From positions 1 through 19,131 of the IMG/VR virus record IMGVR_UViG_3300005613_000033: a DNA stretch of 19,131 nt, one strand, 5' to 3'. The position numbers and the translations under genes were made by a program. The notes beneath the pieces are model-generated. The model saw nothing but the letters and a program-made list of their open reading frames with translations, searched no databases and was not told the DNA's origin. This document shows, piece after piece, positions 12,905 through 19,131 of this stretch. The first letter of the stretch is position 1. Every line of letters starts with the position of its first letter. Source of the stretch: a virus (Duplodnaviria; Heunggongvirae; Uroviricota; Caudoviricetes).

Positions 12905-13336
12905 TTATATGTGTTTCCATGTTTTTCGATCCACAATCTTCTTAATCGTGTTTGGTGCCACGCCAAATTGACGCCCTAGTTCCCGTAGACTTACGCCCTG
13001 TAAATCAAGGGCTCGAATCTCTCTTACCTCAGCTTCAGTTAATCTAGTAGCCCCATTCCGGACACCAATTTGAACAGCTAATGTAGTCAAATGAGCAGGA
13101 TTGCAGCAAGCTGGGTTGCCACAGGTTTGATAAATACGCTGATTCACTGGATCGTACTCAAAGTGGAGTGCATAAGCTATTCTATGCGCCAAATAGCCTC
13201 GACTTTGGAGACTAACTCGACCATAACCTCGATATAAATTACCCGTCCAATTCCAGCATTCATCAGGGCCTTGGATATCTATCCGAGCCCAGAACCGCTT
13301 CTTCTGAACGTATGTAAGTTTTGGTAATGAAAGCAT
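12905..13336 (-). CDS. Degenerate HNH (HNH_3-like) domain plus C-terminal helix-turn-helix
   Basis: ECWNWTG, GYGRV, LAHRIAY, QTCGNPACCNPAHL, then LTEAEVREIR...SLRELGRQFGVAPNTIKKIV. Confidence 0.8.
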   Translation of the reverse strand: MLSLPKLTYVQKKRFWARIDIQGPDECWNWTGNLYRGYGRVSLQSRGYLAHRIAYALHFEYDPVNQRIYQTCGNPACCNPAHLTTLAVQIGVRNGATRLTEAEVREIRALDLQGVSLRELGRQFGVAPNTIKKIVDRKTWKHI

Positions 13337-13366
13337 CAATGACTCTCACCTTCATTCTTTTCTCTA

Positions 13367-13705
13367 TTAGGGTCCAAATCGACCGTAACTGTTTGCCGCA
13401 CTATAAGGGTTGGTACTGTAATACAAAGTCTCAGCCGTTGCTCTATACGGTCTGGAATATCGATATTGTGGTTGAGATCGAGAATTAATACGTTTTGCGT
13501 AATAAGCCATATTGACCGCGCCGCTGGGACCATTTTTATATTGCCCCCAGTGGCCGTAAGATTTAGCATAAGTAGTGGGAGAACTAGATGACGACAAGCT
13601 CAAAATAGGAGACCTATCCCTAGGTGCAATCTTATTCAGATCAACCGCCAACATATTCCCCACACTCACGAGCCAAAAGCACAGTGTAAATAACAATGTC
13701 CTCAT
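13367..13705 (-). CDS. Putative secreted Ser/Tyr-rich low-complexity protein (112 aa) with a signal peptide
   Basis: MRTLLFTLCFWLVSVGNMLA looks like a Sec signal; the mature part is S/Y/R-rich. Confidence 0.72.
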   Translation of the reverse strand: MRTLLFTLCFWLVSVGNMLAVDLNKIAPRDRSPILSLSSSSSPTTYAKSYGHWGQYKNGPSGAVNMAYYAKRINSRSQPQYRYSRPYRATAETLYYSTNPYSAANSYGRFGP

Positions 13706-13860
13706 CAAATTCGTCCCCATTCATCTAAATTGAACTCGAAACCATGGTTAACTAACCAAATACGCTGTTTTCTGTCACAACCGTGCCACCCACCCTTTAG
13801 ACTCAGTTATCCAACAGGGTTTCTTCTAATAGAGTATTTACACTAGAAAGAATCGTTCCA

Positions 13861-14022
13861 TCAGTCTCTAATTTCCAATGCTTTGTCTAAACGAACTTTC
13901 TCAGCCTCAGTAAAATGCAGCCAAATGTCATCAAACTCGTCACGAAGCACAGCGGGGCGATCGTTAATGGGAATGGCACGCAACTTATCCCAAATTTCTA
14001 TGTACCTTGCTATGCGATCCAT
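13861..14022 (-). CDS. 53-aa protein MDRIARYIEIWDKLRAIPINDRPAVLRDEFDDIWLHFTEAEKVRLDKALEIRD
   Basis: TAATG coupling; similar to the adjacent 14022..14219 product. Not in the track. Confidence 0.78.
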   Translation of the reverse strand: MDRIARYIEIWDKLRAIPINDRPAVLRDEFDDIWLHFTEAEKVRLDKALEIRD

Positions 14023-14219
14023 TACTGTATATCTTTATCAGTCTTTTCACAATCTCGCTCCAACGTGTCACAGACATGATCACGATCTTCGGACGACATG
14101 CGATTCCACATTTTGTTTAGTTTATCCCACAAGGCATCACCACGATCACTCTCTTGCGAGTTTTGATCCAGTCGCATATATTCACGATACTTTGTCAGAT
14201 ACTTGGTTACTTTAGACAT
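14022..14219 (-). CDS. 65-aa helical hypothetical protein (MSKVTKYL...)
   Basis: RBS AAAGGG and TAATG coupling at both ends. Confidence 0.75.
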   Translation of the reverse strand: MSKVTKYLTKYREYMRLDQNSQESDRGDALWDKLNKMWNRMSSEDRDHVCDTLERDCEKTDKDIQ

Positions 14220-14248
14220 TACGATTCCCTTTTCCAAACTCGATTCAT
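14219..14248 (-). CDS. Micro-ORF MNRVWKRES (9 aa)
   Basis: Strong RBS AAAGGGAG before ATG 14248; TAATG coupling into the next gene. Confidence 0.4.
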   Translation of the reverse strand: MNRVWKRES

Positions 14249-14312
14249 GTTAGTCTCCCTTTCGTATACCACAAGAGTTCATAGCAATTCAAACATTGTG
14301 TCAGATACCAAA

Positions 14313-14621
14313 TCAGAGCTTCAACAATCTGATATGGGCGGCGTCGTATTTTTGAGCTTCTGCCACGGCGGTTTTGGCTTTATCGTACAACATCTTTGTA
14401 AGCTTGAGTCGAGCATCTTCTAAGGTCGCGTAGATATTCTCACTCCGGATTCTAATGTGGAAGGGTCTACCATCAGAATCTTCATCAGTCGCGACGTGCC
14501 ATACCCGACCTGCAAAATCAATGTAATCTTCGTAAACGTCCCCGGCAATCACACCTTCGTGCAACTCAAGGTGAACTTCATCCCACCACCAAATGTCTTG
14601 ACCCGATTGAAACTTACCCAT
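14313..14621 (-). CDS. Hypothetical protein (102 aa, MGKFQSGQDIWWW...), SH3-like plus helix
   Basis: ATG 14621 overlaps the upstream stop by 8 nt. The track start at 14747 overlaps the upstream gene. Confidence 0.75.
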   Translation of the reverse strand: MGKFQSGQDIWWWDEVHLELHEGVIAGDVYEDYIDFAGRVWHVATDEDSDGRPFHIRIRSENIYATLEDARLKLTKMLYDKAKTAVAEAQKYDAAHIRLLKL

Positions 14622-14928
14622 GTGGATTAGCCCCTGTAAATTCAGAATGTAAACGTTGTCGAATTGCGGTGCGTTTTTCAAATAGAGCGTCCAGTTGATC
14701 CCGTAGTTCAATACTACGAGTTTGAATTTGCACTTGTGCGTCCACAAGAGCCATCTTTTCCGTCCGCAATAGTTTCTTATACCTAACGTAATGGGGAGTT
14801 CGATCCCTATCCACTTGAATCAAGCAACCAATTTCACCATTCGATCTTTTAACTGTTACAAGTACGGGTTCAAGATCCATATTGACCCACCATAATTTGT
14901 CACCTGCTTTATACGGATTACCGCGCAT
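14614..14928 (-). CDS. Hypothetical protein (104 aa, MRGNPYKAGDKLWW...), SH3-like plus coiled coil
   Basis: RBS GGAGG before ATG 14928. Confidence 0.8.
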   Translation of the reverse strand: MRGNPYKAGDKLWWVNMDLEPVLVTVKRSNGEIGCLIQVDRDRTPHYVRYKKLLRTEKMALVDAQVQIQTRSIELRDQLDALFEKRTAIRQRLHSEFTGANPHG

Positions 14929-14991
14929 CTTCAGGCCTCCACCAAATTCACATTTTACATTTGATTCAATACAGCGTCCGACAGAACAACC

Positions 14992-15057
14992 TTACGGATT
15001 TAGCATAACCACAAGACTATTAGTGTACTCGAATCTAAAAACATCCAGATGTTTCAT
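14992..15057 (-). CDS. Micro-ORF MKHLDVFRFEYTNSLVVMLNP (21 aa)
   Basis: Strong RBS GGAGGT overlapping the guaC stop; ATG 15057. Confidence 0.5.
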   Translation of the reverse strand: MKHLDVFRFEYTNSLVVMLNP

Positions 15058-15058
15058 C

Positions 15059-16078
15059 TTACCTCCCGTAAACAACATTATGAGTACGAGCTACTTTTAC
15101 GAAGGTGGTACATTTCGATAGTTCCTTCAATTGGGCGGCTCCAACATACGCACAGGTAGAGCGTAATCCACCTTTGATATCATGGAGAAGTGATTGGGCT
15201 GGCCCTTTCTTAGGGACAGTAACACACTTACCTTCCGCTGCCGCATAATCCTTAACACCGCCATAGAACTGTATCTGGGCTTCCTCACTCGCCATACCGA
15301 AGAAAGTGAGGCCATCTTCAGTCCATTCGCCTTCACACTCGTCAGTACCAGCGAGCATTCCGCCCAACATTACAAAATCTGCACCACCACCCATCGCTTT
15401 TGCGATATCCCCAGATGTGGTGCAGCCACCGTCGGAGCAAATGAGGCCGTGAAGTCCATGAGCTGCATCTGCACACTCCATTACTGCCGAGAGTTGAGGT
15501 ACTCCAATCCCTGTTTTGATACGGGTAACACATACACTACCAGGACCGATTCCGATCTTCACAATATCGGCACCCGCTAATATCAACTCCTGAACCATAT
15601 CCGGTGTGGCTACATTGCCCGCCATAATAATCGTGTGTGGAAAACGCTCCCGGAGACGTTTTACTTTCTCGACAAAATAACGAGTATAGCCATTTGCAAC
15701 ATCAATACAAAGCTTATCGGGGGTTATTACATTTGCAAAAGCGTCAAGCTTCTCGAAGTCTTCCTCTTTGATTCCTAAGGTGTAGAAAGAATGGGCCGCT
15801 GCGGCTTGCTTAGTGAAGAACGTGGTAAGTTCATCGAGTGTGTAGAATTTATGTAGGCAAGTAAGCATGTGGCATCTTGCCATGGTGTCAGCCATCGCAA
15901 ATGTACCGGTCGTGCTCATATTCGCTGCGATAATCGGAACACATTCCAGAGTTCTATCGCTAATCGGGCACCTAAAGACACGATCCAAAATAATAGACTT
16001 CCGACTTGGGGCGTCGGATCGTTTGGGTCGAATCAACACGTCACAGAAATCAAGTTTTACACCTTCTTCAATTCTCAC
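15059..16078 (-). CDS. guaC: GMP reductase
   Basis: N-terminus [21 protein letters not shown]; [15 protein letters not shown], catalytic loop [38 protein letters not shown]; no CBS domains. Confidence 0.93.
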   Translation of the reverse strand: MRIEEGVKLDFCDVLIRPKRSDAPSRKSIILDRVFRCPISDRTLECVPIIAANMSTTGTFAMADTMARCHMLTCLHKFYTLDELTTFFTKQAAAAHSFYTLGIKEEDFEKLDAFANVITPDKLCIDVANGYTRYFVEKVKRLRERFPHTIIMAGNVATPDMVQELILAGADIVKIGIGPGSVCVTRIKTGIGVPQLSAVMECADAAHGLHGLICSDGGCTTSGDIAKAMGGGADFVMLGGMLAGTDECEGEWTEDGLTFFGMASEEAQIQFYGGVKDYAAAEGKCVTVPKKGPAQSLLHDIKGGLRSTCAYVGAAQLKELSKCTTFVKVARTHNVVYGR

Positions 16079-16517
16079 GATCTAACTCCCAGGGAAAAAT
16101 TATCCATTGTTCTGGTTTTTCTGCGACATAGAAATCTGGCCTGTTACTATCGGGACGCCAAAAGAGTACAGCCGTAGCGTCGGTTGGTTTGTAGCAGAAT
16201 TGCTCCTTGAATAATCGTAACGTTGAGCCTCCGTCAATAAGATCATCGACAATCAATGTGGAGAGACCAGTGTTAATGAATCCCTCAACAATCGGACGCT
16301 CACGCCGCCCCGTCTCAGTGTAGCAACTAATATATACGCTGTCATGTGGTAGACTCAACATTCCGGCAAGTGGACGACTAACAAACAATCCCCCGCGTTC
16401 GATTCCAACAACTTGCTCGAATTCCCACCCTGAATTGCGAATATAATCCGCTAAAGTTTGAATCATATCGTTGATTTGAACTGTCGTCACATTGAGTTTA
16501 TTTAACGTAGTCTCCAC
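16068..16517 (-). CDS. Type I purine phosphoribosyltransferase (Gpt/Hpt-like)
   Basis: VVGIERGGL, PRPP loop LIVDDLIDGGST, C-terminal WIIFPWE; GTG start with RBS AAAGGA. Confidence 0.85.
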   Translation of the reverse strand: METTLNKLNVTTVQINDMIQTLADYIRNSGWEFEQVVGIERGGLFVSRPLAGMLSLPHDSVYISCYTETGRRERPIVEGFINTGLSTLIVDDLIDGGSTLRLFKEQFCYKPTDATAVLFWRPDSNRPDFYVAEKPEQWIIFPWELDREN

Positions 16518-16639
16518 GTACTATCCTTTCGGAAAAAGATTGCCGGAAATTCGGCGTTGTCTATCTTACAATTGCAATGGCAACCGACACAACAACTCTC
16601 ATCTCGAACGATCTTGACGCAACGTAGTTTAAGCTTCAT
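16502..16639 (-). CDS. Putative leaderless 45-aa Cys-rich ORF MKLKLRCVKIVRDESCCVGCHCNCKIDNAEFPAIFFRKDSTWRLR
   Basis: The ATG sits 7 nt after the -10 box (predicted +1); 6 Cys; overlaps the PRT start by 16 nt. Confidence 0.4.
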   Translation of the reverse strand: MKLKLRCVKIVRDESCCVGCHCNCKIDNAEFPAIFFRKDSTWRLR

Positions 16640-16645
16640 ATCTAT

Positions 16646-16674
16646 ATCTTACCATGTTATGATAGATTTGTCAA
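16646..16674 (-). promoter_or_regulatory. Sigma70-type promoter TTGACA-N17-TAAGAT with an extended -10 (TGn)
   Basis: -35 at 16674-16669, -10 at 16651-16646; upstream of the PRT-guaC genes. Confidence 0.8.
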
Positions 16675-16688
16675 GCGTTTTTACCCTT

Positions 16689-16713
16689 AAAATAGGCAGT
16701 TTTTGCCTATTTT
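16689..16713. terminator. Inverted repeat AAAATAGGCA-N5-TGCCTATTTT (terminator or operator)
   Basis: Perfect 10-bp stem between the upstream block and the promoter, 14 nt from the -35 box. Confidence 0.55.
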
Positions 16714-16806
16714 TAGCGAGTAATCCGCACAATCCTACCTATCGTGTATCTAATGCCACGATACCATAACCCAAACTCCGAACAAGTAAGTTCCCCCATT
16801 GAAATC

Positions 16807-17064
16807 TCATAATCCCTTTGGAACTCCTTCTACATGCGTAGTTAAACCAACGATTCCCAAATCATCAATAGCATCACACGCTGCTTCCGCTGCTTTAAGA
16901 TCCGAGAATCCTAACTGTGTTAAATCCGATTTCATATTTGTATCTCGACTGTTTCCAAGAAACTCCCACTTATGAGTGTCGATCAATTTTCCTAACGCTC
17001 GGCCGACTTCGACGCGAGCATGGATTAAATCGGTACATTCAACAAAAACAATAAATTTAACCAT
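16807..17064 (-). CDS. Hypothetical protein (85 aa)
   Basis: Strong RBS AAGGAGG before ATG 17064. Confidence 0.82.
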   Translation of the reverse strand: MVKFIVFVECTDLIHARVEVGRALGKLIDTHKWEFLGNSRDTNMKSDLTQLGFSDLKAAEAACDAIDDLGIVGLTTHVEGVPKGL

Positions 17065-17076
17065 TCAGTCCCTCCT

Positions 17077-17520
17077 TCAGCACAGGCGTTTTACATACCA
17101 TAATCGGTATGCTTTTCGCCATAGTCCGTAAAACTCTCGCCAGCTTATTTCAACACCAGCATATTCTTGACCACGGTAATGATTTACTAAGATGTATCTC
17201 CCACCCTTATCTGTGACGACCAAAGAATAATGACCCAGACGATTCGCACGCCCGTCGCCAGTTTGAATGATTAAACATGACCAACCATCTTGAAGAAACT
17301 CTTTTGTCTTAACCCAAGTACGACGACTTGCACGCCCCAATACATCAGACATGGCGCTTGTCTTTGTCCCTTGAAGAGGCTTGCAATCAACCAGTTTTCG
17401 ATAATACTTCAAATCAGCATACGTGACTCGTTCACCGTAGAACTTGTCGATATTCAAAAGGGCTATAGGGCCACAAGAATACTTGTCACGTTGTTTACAG
17501 AAACGGACGGTTCGACTCAT
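17077..17520 (-). CDS. Peptidase C39-like cysteine peptidase
   Basis: KQRDKYSCGPIAL (oxyanion Gln and catalytic Cys), GT motif, GHYSLV (His); stand-alone, 147 aa. Confidence 0.78.
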   Translation of the reverse strand: MSRTVRFCKQRDKYSCGPIALLNIDKFYGERVTYADLKYYRKLVDCKPLQGTKTSAMSDVLGRASRRTWVKTKEFLQDGWSCLIIQTGDGRANRLGHYSLVVTDKGGRYILVNHYRGQEYAGVEISWREFYGLWRKAYRLWYVKRLC

Positions 17521-17530
17521 TTGAGACGCC

Positions 17531-17725
17531 TCACTTCAGACAGGGTAGCTTTGAAATTATCGACTGCAATACGACTGCAATACGAATACTCATTCCATCA
17601 ATATCAATATCTTCGGTAGCCAAAATGCCCATCCCATTCGGAATGTGTAGGGCACGTATTAACTCATCAAAACGAATCCCTAATTCGTTTTTAAGTCGTT
17701 GGATATAGTTGTGTCGGTAAATCAT
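17531..17725 (-). CDS. Hypothetical protein (64 aa)
   Basis: RBS-like GGAG upstream; ATGA coupling to 17722..17841. Confidence 0.65.
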   Translation of the reverse strand: MIYRHNYIQRLKNELGIRFDELIRALHIPNGMGILATEDIDIDGMSIRIAVVLQSIISKLPCLK

Positions 17726-17841
17726 ATTAACAAGTTCTCCATGGTTGCGACTACTCTTTTTGCAGTATCCTCATCCATATTTACAAGAATAAATGAGAGG
17801 GAACAATACTGCCTTTGGTCAAGACAATCTTGAACACTCAC
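17722..17841 (-). CDS. Small ORF (39 aa from GTG 17841; the frame is open further upstream to ~17922)
   Basis: GTGA overlap upstream and ATGA overlap downstream; the start is uncertain. Confidence 0.4.
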   Translation of the reverse strand: MSVQDCLDQRQYCSLSFILVNMDEDTAKRVVATMENLLI

Positions 17842-17927
17842 CGGGATGCCCACTTTAGTAGGGTGTGATCCACAATCAACAGACAAGAGTCTATTATCCA
17901 GTGTCCAAGTCCAAACCAGTCATTCAT
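17838..17927 (-). CDS. 29-aa peptide MNDWFGLGHWIIDSCLLIVDHTLLKWASR
   Basis: ATGA coupling with the decarboxylase stop; RBS GGAG upstream. Confidence 0.45.
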   Translation of the reverse strand: MNDWFGLGHWIIDSCLLIVDHTLLKWASR

Positions 17928-18874
17928 GTCAAACTCCTGTAATATTCTATAGTTTTCAGCAAACCATCCCGTAATTCGACTCTTGGCTCCCAATCCAAGA
18001 AGTTACGAGCCCGCGAAATGACAGGACGGCGTACTTTAGGATCATCCTCTGGCAAATCTTTGTAAACATAACGTGAAGTGCTACCTATTAAGCCACAAAT
18101 GATGCTAGCTAAATGGTGCATGTCATATTCATCAGGGTTGCCTAGATTCACTGGTCCTGTGAGTCGAGAATTCATCATTCGGATAAGTCCATCAACCATG
18201 TCACTTACATAACAGAATGAACGTGTTTGCATACCGTCACCGTATATGGTGATTGGTTCGTCTTTGAGAGCTTGCATAATGAAGTTCGATATGACTCTAC
18301 CATCATTCGGGTCCATATTGGGACCATAACAATTGAATATCCTCACGACTTTCACATCCGTGCGATAGGTACGTCGGTAATCAAAGCACAGGGTTTCGGC
18401 GGCTCGTTTGCCTTCGTCATAGCAAGCTCGTAGCCCGATAGGATTTACATGTCCAACATACTCTTCATCCTGTGGATGTTCCTTCGGGTCACCATAAATC
18501 TCACTGGTCGAAGCTTGCAACATGGTCGCCCCTGCTCTCAGAGCGATTTCAAGACAGTTTTTAACCCCTAGAACACTTGTCATAAGAGTATTGATGGGAT
18601 CGTCCTGATACGCGGGTGGACTCGCTGGGCACGCAAGATTGTAGATTTGATCGAACGTATACGAGTCTACCGACATAGGTACAATTTGCTTTGCATCTTG
18701 TACATTACCTTCGTGAAAACGGAAATCCGAGCAATTTAACAAGGGTTCGATGTTTTCCATACGTCCAGTATGGAGATTATCGACGCATAGGACCTTATTC
18801 CCCTCTGCAATCAGTCGTTTACATAAATGAGAGCCCAAAAACCCGGCCCCGCCTGTTACTAAAATATAGCTCAT
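17924..18874 (-). CDS. uxs: UDP-glucuronate decarboxylase (UDP-xylose synthase)-like extended SDR
   Basis: ILVTGGAGFLGSHL, IYNLACPASPPAYQ, ASTSEIYGDP, YDEGKR (YxxxK), RIFNCYGP, QTRSFCYVSD. Confidence 0.88.
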   Translation of the reverse strand: MSYILVTGGAGFLGSHLCKRLIAEGNKVLCVDNLHTGRMENIEPLLNCSDFRFHEGNVQDAKQIVPMSVDSYTFDQIYNLACPASPPAYQDDPINTLMTSVLGVKNCLEIALRAGATMLQASTSEIYGDPKEHPQDEEYVGHVNPIGLRACYDEGKRAAETLCFDYRRTYRTDVKVVRIFNCYGPNMDPNDGRVISNFIMQALKDEPITIYGDGMQTRSFCYVSDMVDGLIRMMNSRLTGPVNLGNPDEYDMHHLASIICGLIGSTSRYVYKDLPEDDPKVRRPVISRARNFLDWEPRVELRDGLLKTIEYYRSLT

Positions 18875-18877
18875 TAC

Positions 18878-19131
18878 CTACTCCTTTATATATTCCCAAC
18901 TTAGATTACCCGTAGTTTTACGATGGCCTTTACAAACTCGACTAATATGAGTTCTACTCCAACCACTTTCTCTTATCACTTCTCGAACATTTTTATACAT
19001 TCTACCATCAGAATAACATCTTTCCATTGTTTCTTTAGAGCCATCGACGCCCTTCTTTTGTGAGTAAATCGTCAGATGCAGGTGGGCCCCAAGACCCGGG
19101 TTCATATCTGTACAGTGGTGTACGCGCAAAG
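18878..19131 (-). CDS. 3' end of a protein with a NUMOD1-type DNA-binding module (probably a homing endonuclease), truncated by the window
   Basis: DGRMYKNVREVIRESGWSRTHISRVCKGHRKTTGNLSWEY matches the NUMOD1 pattern; the frame is open to the window edge. Confidence 0.65.
   Translation of the reverse strand, partial: LRVHHCTDMNPGLGAHLHLTIYSQKKGVDGSKETMERCYSDGRMYKNVREVIRESGWSRTHISRVCKGHRKTTGNLSWEYIKE

Noticed and set aside
13702-13806. Open - strand frame LSLKGGWHGCDRKQRIWLVNHGFEFNLDEWGRI ending in TGATG coupling to 13705
   Set aside because: It looks protein-like but has no ATG/GTG/TTG start after the upstream TAA. It may be a gene remnant or sequencing frameshift, so it was not called.
16518-16640. 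Purine, ZTP or PRPP/ppGpp (ykkC) riboswitch upstream of PRT-guaC
   Set aside because: I could not find the conserved core sequences of these families by eye; an Infernal scan would settle it.
3923-18915. + strand track ORFs within the - strand block (e.g. 4264..4590, 7391..7768, 13883..14215, 15194..15580, 17290..17619)
   Set aside because: They are antisense to well-supported genes, lack RBS or motif support, and are of the length expected by chance.
3703-19131. Stop-codon reassignment (alternative genetic code)
   Set aside because: Conserved enzymes (PurF, GuaC, UXS, ligase) are full length in code 11, and TAA, TAG and TGA all end genes at coupled junctions.

Overview
Most likely a 19-kb segment of a large tailed dsDNA bacteriophage (or phage-like element), read in the standard bacterial code. 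It has three parts. (1) Positions 1-1.8 kb: a + strand cluster of small, often Cys-rich or highly charged ORFs, with a consensus sigma70 promoter and a recurring CCCCTC-TTCG-GAGGGG hairpin family. (2) Positions ~1.8-3.7 kb: a ~1.9-kb non-coding tract between convergent gene blocks. It contains an AT-rich segment with paired AGTTAG boxes, (CG)n tracts, long-range inverted repeats, GANTC enrichment and a 23-bp tandem array ending in a G-quadruplex-type motif, which suggests an origin, terminus or packaging region. (3) Positions 3.7-19.1 kb: a tightly packed, translationally coupled - strand accessory block. Recognisable products are PurF (Cys1-less type), GMP reductase GuaC, a purine phosphoribosyltransferase, a HAD 5'(3')-nucleotidase, an HNH-RNA ligase fusion next to an R2K-type ATP-grasp protein, a degenerate HNH-HTH, a C39-like peptidase, a UDP-glucuronate decarboxylase, a partial NUMOD1 protein, a Cys-His-Asp enzyme with a Zn ribbon and a shortened coat-protein-like ORF. 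Many hypotheticals and micro-ORFs missed by the ORF track fill the gaps. No integrase, tRNA, rRNA or CRISPR array was seen. All protein assignments come from motif recognition by eye; no database searches were run.
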